Source: Eledone cirrhosa
Lineage: Eukaryota
DNA: 64,000 nt
Direction of reading: 5' to 3'
Assembly: GCA_964016885.1 (NCBI GenBank)
Contig: OZ024765.1
Span: 15,252,001-15,316,000 of the forward strand
Shown here: positions 1 to 13,860 of the stretch, piece by piece
How the letters are laid out: every line of letters starts with the position of its first letter
Numbering within the stretch: the stretch's first letter is position 1
Translations under genes and position numbers: made by a program
Notes under the pieces: generated by a model
What the model saw: the letters and a program-made list of their open reading frames with translations, nothing else
Told to the model about the DNA's origin: nothing
Database searches by the model: none

Positions 1-460
1 GGATGAAAGGCAAAGTTAAACCTCGGCGGGGTTTGAACTCAGAATGGCAAGGGCCGTAACTCTATGCCGTCCGACCCTCTACCAATACTGCCAATCCACC
101 GCCATTTGAAAAAAAATAATAAACAACCTTCGGCCTCCAGGACTCACGGTAGATATTTGAGACTTATTTTACGAAAAAAAAAGTAGCGTTTTTGATGCCA
201 AGAAATACGGTGTATTTAAAAAAAAAAAATTTGTGGTTTTTTGTAAATGGTTTCTCATATAGGCACAAGACCAGCAATTTTGGGGGAGGGGAAAGTCGAT
301 TAAATCGACCCCAGTGTGTGACTGGTACTTTATTTTATTGTCTCCGTAACGGTGAAAGGCAAAGTTAACCTCGGTCGGATTTGAACTCAGATCATAAAGG
401 GCCGTAACTCTATGCTGCAAAGCATGGCGCCCGACCCTCTACCGACACTGCCAATCCACG
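1..460 (-). mobile_element. Two tRNA-derived SINE copies (Octopus OK-like family): partial 1-105 and ~250-460
   Basis: Reverse complement has an A-box-like TGGCAGT(A/G)T(T/C)GG, B-box GAGTTCAAA and the family body GCCTTTCA(T/C)C, followed in the second copy by AAAATAAAGTACCAG; the same sequence recurs >20 times in the window. Confidence 0.85.
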
Positions 461-789
461 AGCTCAAGTTTCTTTGGGCAAATACATTGGGAGCATAATA
501 TATGTAGAGGGCGAGGAGAAATTGCGATATTGTGTTTTGACGGAACGACTGAACAATTGTTTCTCATATTTGAGTAGCAGTTTCAAGGGGAGGGGAAAGT
601 AGTTTAAATAAAACCCAGTGCATTACTGGTATAAAATATATTTACTATATAAACCTCACATATACACTGGCTGTATCAAGTCCAACTTTTAGACATAGGA
701 GGTATTGGCTGGAGAGAATCCATAATGTTGGTTTCTGATATAAATACAAGGCCAGCCATTTGATGGAAGGGGAAAGTGGACTGAGTCTA

Positions 790-1318
790 TCCCAGTGCAT
801 TACTGCTACTTTATTTATCGACCCTGTAAGGGTAAAAGGCAAATCTTAACCTGTCATAAGACCAGCAAATTAAAGGAAGGTGAAAGTCGATGATTTCAAC
901 CTCAGTGCATTACTGCTACTTTATTTATCGACCCTGTAAGGGTAAAAGGCAAATCTTAACCTGTCACAAGACCAGCAAATTAAAGGAAGGGGAAAGTCGA
1001 TGATTTCAACCTCAGTGCATTACTGGTACTTTATTTTATCGACCCTGTAAGGGTAAAAGGCAAATCTTAACCTGTCACAAGACCAGCAAATTAAAGGAAG
1101 GGGAAAGTCGATGATTTCAACCTCAGTGCATTACTGCTACTTTATTTATCGACCCTGTAAGGGTAAAAGGCAAATCTTAACCTGTCACAAGACCAGAAAA
1201 TTAAAGGAAGGGAAAAGTCGATGATTTCAACCTCAGTGCATTACTGGTACTTTATTTTATCGACCCTGTAAGGATGAAAATCAAAGTTAACCTCGGCGAG
1301 ATTTGAGCTCGGAACGTA
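790..1318 (-). repeat. Tandem array (~110-bp unit, ~4.5 copies) amplified from the 3' part of the OK-like SINE
   Basis: Unit CAGTGCATTACTG(C/G)TACTTTATTTATCGACCCTGTAAGGGTAAAAGGCAAATCTTAACCTGTCA... recurs about every 110 bp; the last copy continues into normal SINE sequence. Confidence 0.9.
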
Positions 1319-1319
1319 T

Positions 1320-2613
1320 GTTTAAAATGCTCAAAATGGCGCTGTGTATCAGAACGACGTCTCTCTCCCTGTCTGTTTCTCTCTCGCTCCCCCCCTCTCT
1401 CTCTCTCTCTCTCATTTCCTCTCTCTCTCTCACTCTGGAATAATCCAACAGTCTTCTAGTGTGAAGAGGTGTGTGGGTAAGGCCAGGTTTAAAATACTCA
1501 AGATGGCGCTGTGTACCAGAACGGCGTCTGTCTCTCTCACTCTCGCCCTCCCTCTTCTATCTATCTCTATCTATCTTTCAATGTGAAGAGGTGTGTGGGT
1601 AAGGCCAGGTTTAAAATACTCAAGATGGCGCTGTGTACCAGAACGGCGTCTGTCTCTCTCACTCTCGCTCTCCCTCTCTATCTCTATCTATCTATCTTTC
1701 AATGTGAAGAGGTGTGTGGGTAAGGCCAGGTTTAAAATACTCAAGATGGCGCTGTGTACCAGAACGGCGTCTGTCTCTCTCACTCTCGCTCTCCCTCTCT
1801 ATCTCTATCTATCTATCTTTCAATGTGAAGAGGTGTGTGGGTAAGGCCAGGTTTAAAATACTCAAGATGGCGCTGTGTACCAGAACGGCGTCTGTCTCTC
1901 TCACTCTCCCTCTCTATCTATCTCTATCTATCTCTATATATCTTTCAATGTGAAGAGGTGTGTGGGTAAGGCCAGGTTTAAAATACTCAAGATGGCGCTG
2001 TGTACCAGAACGGCGTCTTTCTCTCTCACTCTCGCTCTCCCTCTCTATCTCTATCTATCTATCTTTCAATGTGAAGAGGTGTGTGGGTAAGGCCAGGTTT
2101 AAAATACTCAAGATGGCGCTGTGTATCAGAACGGCGTCTGTCTCTCTCACTCTCGCTCTCCCTCTCTATCTCTATCTATCTATCTTTCAATGTGAAGAGG
2201 TGTGTGGGTAAGGCCAGGTTTAAAATACTCAAGATGGCGCTGTGTACCAGAACGGCGTCTGTCTCTCTCACTCTCGCCCTCCCTCTTCTATCTATCTCTA
2301 TCTATCTTTCAATGTGAAGAGGTGTGTGGGTAAGGCCAGGTTTAAAATACTCAAGATGGCGCTGTGTACCAGAACGGCGTCTGTCTCTCTCACTCTCGCT
2401 CTCCCTCTCTATCTCTATCTATCTATATTTCAATGTGAAGAGGTGTGTGGGTAAGGCCAGGTTTAAAATACTCAAGATGGCGCTGTGTACCAGCACGGCG
2501 TCTGTCTCTCTCACTCTCCCTCTCTATCTATCTCTATCTATCTTTATATATCTTTCAATGTGAAGAGGTGTGTGGATAGGGCCAGGTTTAAAATACTCAA
2601 TATGGCGCTGTGT
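1320..2613. repeat. Satellite/minisatellite, ~121-bp unit, ~10 copies
   Basis: GTGAAGAGGTGTGTGGGTAAGGCCAGGTTTAAAATACTCAAGATGGCGCTGTGTACCAGAACGGCGTC + CT-rich tract repeats at ~1461, 1583, 1704, 1825, 1950, 2071, 2192, 2313, 2434 and 2560. Confidence 0.95.
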
Positions 2614-2857
2614 TTAACACAATGACGTACCAACCCCACCACATTATTGAAGTGTTAAGGGAACTGTAGATTTTTTTTTTCTTTTATAATTACCATTATT
2701 TGTTTGTTTCCAGTTGTGTTTGTTAAACAAGTGATTGGATGTTCTGAGATCGTGTTTCACTATTGTCTAATGTAATTTCACAACGCTAGAGAATAGCGGC
2801 CCGCGTTACGTAAACAAGCAACAAGCATGGCATCAATTATTAATTTTTCTTCATGTA

Positions 2858-3850
<993 letters not shown>

Positions 3851-4059
3851 CATTCCTAATTTGCAGCTGCCATGCTGTATAATGATTTCCTTTGAGATTC
3901 TGTCCTGTGTCTCAATAAACAACTGCATATTGCATCTTGCAGTTTTCATTATATCCATAAATAACACCTACGATCAGTGTGCACGTGTTAGTGAACTGCT
4001 AGAGATGGTAAAATGGCCGACAGTCTAACTGTGCGCTGGGTTCGAATCCCAGTAAAACT

Positions 4060-4670
4060 GGCTTCTTCTTCTTCTTCTTCTTCTTCTTCTTCTTCTTCTT
4101 CTTCTTCTTCTTCTTCTTCTTCTTCTTCTTCTTCTTCTTCTTCTTCTTCTTCATTTTCTTTTTCTTCTTCTTAGGGCGGTGAATTGGCCGTATCGGTAGA
4201 GGGTTGAACGCCATGATTTGTAGCATAGAGTTACGTCTCTTTACGGTCTGAGTTCAAATCCCGTCGAGGTTAACTTTGCCTTTCATCCTTACGGGGTCGA
4301 TAAAATAAAGTACCAGTAATGTACTGGATAATTGCTGGCCTTGTGCCAAAAGTAGAAACGATTCTTCTTCTTCTTCTTCTTCTTCTTCTTCTTCTTCTTC
4401 TTCTTCTTCTTCTTCTTTTTCTTCTTCTTAGGGCGGTGAATTGGCAGTATCGGTAGAGGGTTGAACGCCATGATTTGTAGCATAGAGTTACGTCTCTTTA
4501 CGGTCTGAGTTCAAATCCCGTCGAGGTTAACTTTGCCTTTCATCCTTACGGGGTCGATAAAATAAAGTACCAGTAATGTACTGGATAATTGCTGGCCTTG
4601 TGCCAAAAGTAGAAACGATTCTTCTTCTTCTTCTTCTTCTTCTTCTTCTTCTTCTTCTTCTTCTTCTTCA
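4060..4670 (+). mobile_element. Two near-identical OK-like SINEs (4175-4363, 4431-4620) embedded in (TTC)n
   Basis: A-box/B-box and full body, each flanked by (TTC)n; ~257-bp direct duplication. Confidence 0.9.
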
Positions 4671-4759
4671 AACTCTGCTAAGGGTATTCCAATCGCTTGT
4701 TGATTATAGAGCTTGGTGCTCTTTTAGGCTACGGCCCGCTACACGACCCTCTAGCACAT

Positions 4760-5185
4760 CATGAACAAGCAATGCCTGTGCTTTGAATGTTTTCTTAAGT
4801 GTGGAAAAGCCTTGCACTCGACCAATCCCACTCTCTGAGCATCGAAAACACTACCTGAAAAGGTGAACTGGGCAAACTCATCGGATGCTTCTGAAGCCGC
4901 ACGTTCTTTTCAGAGTTTCTCTCTATTAGAAGGGCGTTGTGACAACAACTGGAGGCCTTTCAATCTCAGGTGAAGAAAAAAGAAAGTACTATTTCGATGG
5001 CCGTTGACTCTGTTGAGTTCCTCCGCCTCTTGCCGGATCTTGTATTTCATCCTGCAGGGTGTCCAAATACCACCCTCCTCACCAAGCAAGCTTGGTGGGG
5101 TTGCCGGTTTAGTCGCCGACGACATGACTATGCGGCAGGTTGTACTGGGTTACATGTTACCAGTAGCACTCGAGAGAGACCCGAC
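4760..5185 (-). mobile_element. RTE-type 5' UTR fragment
   Basis: Matches 19563-19950 and 35497-35690; contains CCTGCAGGGTGTCCAAA..CACCCTCCTCACCAAGC and an RTE-like GAGAAACTCTGA motif on the minus strand. Confidence 0.65.
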
Positions 5186-5252
5186 ATATGTACGAATACA
5201 TACATACATACATACATACATACATACATACATACATACACATGTGTAATAA

Positions 5253-5440
5253 CTGTTTCTACTTTAGGCACAAGGCCAGCAATTACCCAGTGCATTACTG
5301 GTACTTTATTTTATCGACCCCGTAAGGATTAAAAGGCAAAGTCAACCTGGGCGGGATTTGAACTCAGATCGTAAAGGGACGTAACTATGCTGGAAAGCAT
5401 GGCGTCCGACGCTCTACTGATACTGCCAATCCACTGCCAA
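5253..5440 (-). mobile_element. OK-like SINE
   Basis: Full-length match to the family consensus seen elsewhere in the window. Confidence 0.88.
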
Positions 5441-5489
5441 TATGTGTAATACATATGTGTAATAACATTGTTTAGATACACATATCCTA

Positions 5490-5960
5490 GTCTTTTGTCC
5501 TGCAGGGTGTCCAAATATCACCCTCCTCACCAACCTATTTTGGTGGGGTTGCCGGTTTAGTCGTCGACGACCCAACCAGGAGACAGGTTGTACTGAGTTA
5601 TATGATACCAGTAGCACTAGAGAGCGACCTAACATATATGACCATACATACATACATACATGATGGCTGCCCCCTCGTAATCGAGTATGACCATTACACG
5701 ATATACCATTATTAGTAATTATTAATTAATTCCATCGTGCAATGCCTGTGCGCGAAAAATCTTTTGAAGTGAGGAAAGACTGTGCACTGAGCCAATCCCA
5801 CTCTCTGAGCGATAGTAGCTATAACCCGAAAAGAAGAAAAGATCAACATCATCAGTAACTACTGTGCCGCAGGTTTTATATCAGAGTTATCCCAGTTTCG
5901 GCCATCCAAAAATTCAAATAACAATTCTTGGATGGCCGTTGACTCTTATGAGTTCTTCCG
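5490..5960 (-). mobile_element. RTE-derived non-autonomous element pieces (5' end 5490-5635; internal UTR plus 3' tail 5660-5960)
   Basis: Homologous to 19563-20164, including the 3' tail ATGGTCATACTCGATTACGAGGGGGCAGCCA on the minus strand. Confidence 0.6.
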
Positions 5961-5989
5961 CCCTTTGTACACACATACATACATATATA

Positions 5990-6488
5990 GTGGCCAAAAC
6001 ACTGTACAATGCAGTTCGTAAAAAAGATAGCCCCGATAATAAACACATTATAAGCTACAGTAATGAGGAAGACATCCATGTACATAATAGGAAAGAGTAC
6101 TGGTGAAATGTTCCAGTAAAAACCCCAATAAAATGCAGGCATAACAGACCAGATATTATGATATGGGACAGGGAGAAGAAAACATGCACAGTAGTGGAAA
6201 TTAGCTGCCCAGCAGATGCCAATATAATATCAAAGATTAGCGAAAAGGAGAATATTTAAGGCAGAACTGATGAGAAATCTGCAGATACTCCACCCTGATT
6301 ACACCTTCAGATTTATGCCTGTGATTATTGGGGCTCTGGGGTATGTTAGTAACTGCCTCAATACAAATCTTGAGAAGCTGGACTTCACAGGAACAGAAGA
6401 AACACAACTAGTTAGGAAACTACAAGTACAATCCATTAATGGAACAGTAAACATATGTAAAACATTCCAAAAATTTTGCATCTAATAA
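5990..6488 (+). pseudogene. Decayed 3' end of an R4/Dong-clade non-LTR retrotransposon (restriction-like endonuclease domain)
   Basis: Translation across stops and a frameshift gives KCRHNRPDIMIWDREKKTCTVVEISCP...K...FMPVIIGALGY, the PD..E..K RLE signature; ends TFQKFCI*. Confidence 0.8.
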
Positions 6489-7049
6489 CTGCATATACAC
6501 ATGTACAGATACAAAGCATATACACATGCACACATACAACTGAAAACATACACATCCACACATACAATAACATCCATATCTACACATGCAGTCATGCATA
6601 CATAATCTACCTAGTTGATGTTGTGTAAATTCCAATGAGAGAGTATTGTGTCTATGTTAGCAACCGACTCTCCCTCTCTATTGGGGAAAACAAAAATTTT
6701 GAAATTATAAAACCAGAAGAATATACATACGTACTTATATATGTGTAATACCATTAAGTTACATATATGGTACGCATAATTTCCTCTTATATCATGCATT
6801 GTTAATGAAACAACTAAAAAACAGTTGAGTCATTTCAGCTATTAAGAACCTACAAATACCTTTTATATTATGTAATGAAATGAACGTAAATATTCTTATA
6901 TGCATTAAAGTCTCTCGGCAGATAATTTCTGGACAGATCACTGACATTCTGTATCATTATATTACATCATTGTGTAATATATGTATATATATATGTATAT
7001 ATATATGTATATATATGTATATATGTATATGTATGTATATGTATATATA

Positions 7050-7085
<36 letters not shown>

Positions 7086-7383
7086 TGTATGTATGTATGT
7101 ATGTATGTATGTATGTATAAATGTATATATATACATATGTATGTATATATAGGTATGTATGTATATATCGGTACATATGTATATATATATATATACATAT
7201 ATGTGTATATATAGGTATGTATATATAAGTATGTATGTATATTTATGTTTATATAAATATATATATATATTTATATAAACATATATATATATATATATTG
7301 AGAGAGAGAGAGATATATCATACATATTTATAAGTGTACATATGTGTGTATATATATATATATCTATATATATGTATATATGA

Positions 7384-7424
<41 letters not shown>

Positions 7425-7779
7425 GCAAACATATATATATATACAGTATATATATACAGTAGCTATTATACCTATTGCATTATGCTGGTGTCATTTTACT
7501 CATTAAGACCACATATATACGAGCTTTTATTAAGTTTTATTCAGTTTTGTTCTGTATTATCAATCATAATATATTTTATGAGGTGTCCAAAGTCTTTTGT
7601 CTTACAAAAAAGAACAAAAAAAAAAACGTAAAGAAAACAAAAAAACAACAACAAACACTGTAAAATCAAAAAGAAGATGGCGGTGAAAATGGTAATAAAA
7701 AATTGATTTATCTGTTATATTTCCGGAATATATATGAGCGAGTATATTCACAAATCCACCATTTAATACGTCTTTCAAC

Positions 7780-7893
7780 ATGGCGTGTATGGTGACATAT
7801 GTAACGAAGATGATAAAAGGACTAATAGCAACACTTTTGCAGTGTTTAACAGACAAAAATAAAAAGACAAATAGTGCAGACATATTGGTTAAG
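7780..7893 (+). CDS. Candidate first coding exon (MACMVTYVTKMIKGLIATLLQCLTDKNKKTNSADILVK), unidentified
   Basis: caacATGG start context, 38 open codons in unique sequence, AAG|gtattt donor (weak). Confidence 0.25.
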
Positions 7894-7986
7894 GTATTTT
7901 TATATATATATATATTTTTTTTTTTTTAGATAGAGACGGAATCATTAGGGTGACACTCTTCACCACGAATGGGGAGTAAATATATA

Positions 7987-8047
<61 letters not shown>

Positions 8048-8138
8048 CACATAGTGGTAGAACACTGAAAGGGAATATCCGTAGTGGTAGAGCACTCAGT
8101 CCATGGGACGAGTCAGGTAGAAGTGGTTAGTTCACCAT

Positions 8139-8182
8139 ACTGAGAACAATTGTTTCACCTTAGTGGATCCTCAGCTGAGGAT
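8139..8182 (-). ncRNA. Truncated type I hammerhead motif (family D)
   Basis: Minus strand CUGAGGA-UCC-acuaa-GGU-GAAAC-AAUU-GUU; 5' stem I strand replaced by a short palindrome; U at position 17. Confidence 0.5.
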
Positions 8183-8200
8183 ACACTATATATATATACA

Positions 8201-8265
<65 letters not shown>

Positions 8266-8332
8266 AACAGTCATGACCGGCATGGGCTGGTGTTTGGATT
8301 CTGTCGATCGATTGGTTATTGATTAGGCGATA

Positions 8333-8441
8333 CCGGCTGATGAAGCCGCATAAGCCGATTGTGCATTGTTGCATAATATATGCAGACGGATGGTACAGTG
8401 CACCTTACTAGTGCATTAGTGCGGCCGAAACTCGAGTCCGG
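8333..8441 (+). ncRNA. Type I hammerhead motif with a long branched stem II (family F)
   Basis: ccgg-CUGAUGA-aGCCGCA...UGCGGCc-GAAAC-UCGA-GUC-cgg; stem I is short and bulged. Confidence 0.6.
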
Positions 8442-8589
8442 GGACTATTATAGACTCCCGTTTTACGTGTGTTGTATTGAAGCGAATGACTGTGTGTATA
8501 CTATGGGAATGTATCTTACATTGCCTATTGAGTACGCTGAGATACAACCGGTCCTGGCATTGATAAATATGCTGGGTCCGTCAACTCCT

Positions 8590-8651
<62 letters not shown>

Positions 8652-8699
8652 CTTTGCAAGAGATGTCAACATGAATGGACCTGTTATTTTTATCTAAAG

Positions 8700-8880
8700 A
8701 CATTTTTTCCAATTCCATCCCGCCCGTCCCCTCAATCTATCTTATTTCTCATTCTTTCTTCTGATGAAGGACTAGCTCCGAAACGTTAAGACCCTCTTCC
8801 TGCTATATCAAGCGTTAACCTAATGTATCCCTTCCATATACTGTACCGATTGTGTTGTTATTACTGTTTACCTTTTACAT
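8700..8880 (+). mobile_element. Penelope-pLTR-like module with a minimal hammerhead at 8757-8791 (family E); second copy at 29158-29330
   Basis: ucuu-CUGAUGA-aGGA-cuagc-UCC-GAAACGUU-aaga; the homolog has CUGAUGA...GAAACGUC and the same downstream tail. Confidence 0.6.
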
Positions 8881-8953
8881 ACATACACACACATATAAAT
8901 TAATAAACATTCGTTGTACTGCCTCTCTGTTTTGTTCCTGTTCAAATTTTTAC

Positions 8954-9013
<60 letters not shown>

Positions 9014-9399
9014 CAGGGAGTGTAACAAGAAGTTACTGTAGGTTCACTCAGGTAAGCACTCGGTGTTTGGGTTCACGTCTGTAATGAGGTGTAGAGCTAA
9101 ACAGAGTGTAAATATAATTGTTCCTACTTTTGGCAAAAGGCCACCAATTGCCTCAGTGTATTACTGGTACTTTATTTTATCGACTCCGCAAAGATTAAAG
9201 GCAAAGTTAACGTCGCCGGTATTTGAATTTCTATACAGGCTATATTTGTTAGAATGCTGTTGAAATGTGAATACATTTTTGCGGGGCGCCCTGTATATTT
9301 GTTGCAAGACTGTATCTATATTAAGTGACACCCAATCCACCTTCATATACATATATAAGAAGGTGTTTGTTCCCCACCTCGGATTTAAACTTTCAGGCT

Positions 9400-9730
9400 A
9401 TCAGTTTCAGCCAGAGCTGTGCCCCCGCAGTCATACAGGAAATGAACCCAAATTTAAGACCCCTCCGTTTCTTGATACCATATGCCAGAACATTCTTTGC
9501 GTTCTCCTTTCAAGTAAGCCCTTTCCAATTGTTTTCGACAAGGTATCGTGTCGGCTTGTGTGCTGTAACAGCTCTGCTTTCGTTTGTTTTTGTATTTTTT
9601 TTCTCTCTATATCAAGAAGTGGTTCCTTGAAATTCGACCACATGGATGGTTGAGACATGGAAGGAATATCCCTGAACGACTTTCTCCATTCACCCAACGC
9701 TTGGTCGAATATGACTAAATACAGCCCCAC
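9400..9730 (-). pseudogene. Decayed RTE-clade ORF C-terminus
   Basis: EPLLDIERKK...HTSRHDTLSKTI resembles the RTE 'GHVxRHDSLSKTILQG' region. Confidence 0.55.
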
Positions 9731-10139
9731 AGAATCGTATCAATATTATATCAGGAGTCGAAAATTCAAGGACTCAAAAGCCTGTAACTTCATAAAGTTT
9801 AGCCCATTTGTAATTCCATTTCTAATCAAAATCTCTCTATTTAAATTAATTACTGAACAATTTCTAATGATTAATCTAAAATTATGAATTATTTCATTCT
9901 TAAGATAACAACTAAACATATTTCGATATGAAATTATTTTGCAATATTTTAATTAAAATAGGAGCGCTTTAAATAATTTGGTTGCTTTGATTGAACCTAA
10001 ACTAGTTACAACGTGATCTTATCGAATGTTTTAATAAAGAAATCCGAGGGATTTACTAGAATTAATAATTAATTTATTATTAAAATATTAGGCTGACATA
10101 TGGTTCTTATATACAATTATATTGGGAGATTTCAATAAA

Positions 10140-11865
10140 GTGGGTAGCTCGGAGATCAGAGAGTCACTTCAGGTCGAGCCGCTACATTCCGAATAGAGAG
10201 ATCACAGCTCCGATACTATGGGTGTGTGGTTAGAATGTCTCAGGAAAGTTTCACTGCACATATTTGTAGCTCGGAGATGAGAGAGTCACTCCAGGTAGAG
10301 CTGCTACTTCTCTGAATTGAGAGATCACAGCTCTGATACTATGGACATGTGGCTAGAATATCCCAGGAAAAATCGATGGACATATTTGTAGCTCGGAGAT
10401 CAGAGAGTCACTCCAGGTAGAGATGCTACTTCTCTGAATTGAGAGATCACAGCTCTGATACTATGGACATGTGGCTAGAATATCTCAGGAAAAATCGATG
10501 GACATATTTGTAGCTCGGAGATCAGAGAGTCACTCCAGGACGAGCTGCTACTTCTCTGTATTGAATGATCACAGCTCTGATACTATGGACATGTGGCTAG
10601 AATATCTCAGGAAAGAATTACTGGACATATTTGTAGCTCAGAGATGAGAGAGTCACTCCAGGTAGAGCTGCTACTTCTCTGTATTGAGAGATCGCAGCTC
10701 TGATACTATGGACATGTGGTTTGAATGTCTCAGGAAAGAATTACTGGACAGATTTGTAGCTCAGAGATCAGAGAGTCACTCCAGGTAGAGCTGCTACTTC
10801 TCTGAATTGAGAGATCACAGCTCTGATACTATGGACATGTGGCTAGAATATCTCAGGAAAAATCGATGGACATATTTGTAGCTCGGAGATCAGAGAGTCA
10901 CTCCAGGTAGAGATGCTACTTCTCTGTATTGAGAGATCACAGCTCTGATACTATGGACATGTGGCTAGAATATCTCAGGAAAGAATCGCTGGACATATTT
11001 GTAGCTCGGAGATGAGAGAGTCACTCCAGGTAGAGTTGCTACTTCTCTGTATTGAGAGATCACAGCTATGATACTATGGACATGTGGTTTGAATGTCTCA
11101 GGAGAGAATTTCTGGACAGATTTGTAGCTCAGAGATCAGAGAGTCACTCCAGGTAGAGCTGCTACTTCTCTGAATTGAGACATCACAGCTCTGATACTAT
11201 GGACATGTGGCTAGAATATCTCAGGAAAGAATCACTGGACAGATTTGTAGATCAGAGATGAGAGAGTCACTCCAGGTAGAGCCGCTACTTCTCAGAATTG
11301 AGAGATCACAGCTCTGATACTATGGACATGTGGTTAGAATGTCTCAGGAAAGAATTACTGGACATATGTGTATCTCGGAGATGAGAGAGTCACTCCAGGT
11401 AGAGCTGCTACTTCTCTGAATTGAGAGATCACAGCTCTGATACTATGGACATGTGGCTAGAATATCTCAGGAAAAATCGCTGGACATATTTGTAGCTAAG
11501 AGATCAGAGAGTCACTCCAGGTAGAGATGCTACTTCTCTGAATTGAGAGATCACAGTTCTGATACTATGGACATGTGGCTAGAATATCTCAGGAAAGAAT
11601 CGCTGGACATATTTGTAGCTCAGAGATCAGAGAGTCACTCCAGGTAGAGCTGCTACTTCTCTGAATTGAGAGATCACAGCTCTGATACTATGGGCATGTG
11701 GTTAGAAAGTCTCAGGAAAGAATCGCTGGATATATTTGACGGGCAAAGCCAACCGATAGAAGACCCAGGGGTAGACCTCGAGCCAGATGGTTGGATAACA
11801 TCCATCACCTTGACTGTTCCCTTGGGGATTCAACCGGATTAGTTGGAGAAAGTTGATTCAGTTTG
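10140..11865 (+). mobile_element. RTE 3' ORF fragment whose internal 122-123-bp segment is amplified ~13 times (10144-11738)
   Basis: Unit translates to VELLLL.IERSQL.YYGHVARISQE (RTE 'LRWYGHV' motif); after the array the sequence resumes as AKPTDRRPRGRPRARWLDNI. Confidence 0.85.
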
Positions 11866-11899
11866 GGGTGGCCGTGTGTGTATTTGTGTATGTGTGATA

Positions 11900-12993
11900 T
11901 AGTAGCATGGAGGTCTACATAGATGCAATGTTTAGGGTGGCTGTGTCTGTCTGTCTGTGTGGGTTATAATGACATTGGAGGTCAACATTGTAAAGGCAAT
12001 GTTTGGGGTGGCTGTAGGTATTTGTGTGTGTTGGGTTTTATGTGTGTGTGTGTGTGTGTATGTGTGTGTGTGTGTGGTATAGCATCAAGGTGGTCTATAT
12101 TAGACAGGTAAGGTTTGTATGTGTGTGTTTGTCTATGTGTGGGGTGCTGGTGTGCGTATTTGTTTGTGCGTGCATTATAGTAGCAAAGCTGTCTACATTG
12201 GAGACACAATGTGTGTGTGTATGTGTGTGTGTTACGTCAGCAAAACGGCCTACATTGGACAATGTGTGTGTGTGTGTGTGTTACGTCAGCAAGACGGCCT
12301 ACATTGGACAATGTGTGTGTGTGTTACGTCAGCAAGACGGCCTACATTGGACAATGTGTGTGAGTGTTTAGGGTGTTTATAGTGTGTATTGGTGAGGCAA
12401 ATGTGTGTGTTTGTGTATGTGTGTATGTGATGTTTGTATGTATATCTGTTTGTGTGGGACTTTGTGTGTGATATAGCAAGAAGACCACCTACATTGGACA
12501 GGTTATGTGTGTGTGTGTGAGTGTGTTTGTGTGTGTGTGTGTGTGTGTTACGTCAGCAAGACGGCCTACATTGGACACTGTGTGTGAGTGTTTAGGGTGT
12601 TTATAGCGTGTATTGGTGAGGCAAATGTGTGTGTTTGTGTATGTGTGTATGTGGTGTTTGTATGTATATCTGTTTGTGTGGGACTTTGTGTGTGTGTGAT
12701 ATAGCAAGAAGACCACTGTGTGTGTGTGTAGTTGTGGGAGATATGAAGGAGCAATATGTGTATGTGATTTGTGTCTGTGTGTTGCATGTGTGTGTGTGTG
12801 TGTGTGGTTGGGGGAGATATGAAGAAACAATATGTGTATGTTTGTGTATGTGATTGGTGTATGTGTTTGTGTGTGTGTGTTTGTGTGTGTGTGTCTGCGT
12901 GTTGGTGTATGTGAGTTTGTGTGTGTGTGTGTGTATGTATGTGTGTGGTTGGGCGGGATATGAAGAAGCAGTATGTATATGTTGATATATGTG

Positions 12994-13039
<46 letters not shown>

Positions 13040-13860
13040 GAACAAGACGGTTGACATATCAGAGGCAATGTGTGTGCGTTTGGGTGTCATGTCATGGATA
13101 ATCAGTGTGTTTGTGTGTGTGCATGCACAGGATGTGTGTTGTGTGTCGGTGTGCGTGTGTTGTGTGAGTGTGTGTGCATGTGGTGTGTTTGTGTGTGTTG
13201 TCTGTTGTTAGTGTGTGTGTTGTGTGTTCTTGTGTGTGTTGTTAGTGTGTGTTGTGTGTCAGTGTGTGTGTTGTTAGTGTGTGCCGTGCGTCAGTGTGTG
13301 TGTTGAGTGTTCTTGTGTGTGTTGTCAGTGTGTGTTGTGTGGCAGTGTGTGTGTTGAGTGTTCTTGTGTGTTGTAAGTGTTGTGTTGTGTGGCAGTGTGT
13401 GTGTTGAGTGTACTTGTGTGTTGTAAGTGTTGTGTTGTGTGGCAGTGTGTGTGTTGAGTGTTATTGTGTGTTGCAAGTGTTGTGTTGTGTGGCAGTGTGT
13501 GTGTTGAGTGTTCTTGTGTGTTGTAAGTGTTGTGTTGTGTGGCAGTGTGTGTGTTGAGTGTACTTGTGTGTTGTAAGTGTTGTGTTGTGTGGCAGTGTGT
13601 GTGTTGAGTGTTACTGTGTGTTGCAAGTGTTGTGTTGTGTGGCAGTGTGTGTGTTGAGTGTTCTTGTGTGTTGTAAGTGTTGTGTTGTGTGGCAGTGTGT
13701 GTTGAGTGTTATTGTGTGTTGCAAGTGTTGTGTTGTGTGGCAATGTGTGTGTTGAGTGTTCTTGTGTGTTGTAAGTGTTGTGTTGTGTGGCAGTGTGTGT
13801 GTTGAGTGTTCTTGTGTGTGTGTCACCGTGTGTTGTGTGGCAATGTGTGTGTTGTTATAA
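11900..13860. repeat. TG-rich compound minisatellites (GCAAGACGGCCTACATTGGACA-containing units; 50-bp unit x ~11 at 13290-13850)
   Basis: Visible direct repeats. Confidence 0.9.

Noticed and set aside
1320-2613. CRISPR-like appearance of regular repeats (also 10140, 22440, 59110)
   Set aside because: No unique spacers, no cas genes and a eukaryotic context; these are tandem satellites.
9017-9051. 35-bp exon ending CAG|gtaagc
   Set aside because: Good donor, but the acceptor has no pyrimidine tract and the phase does not fit the upstream candidate exon.
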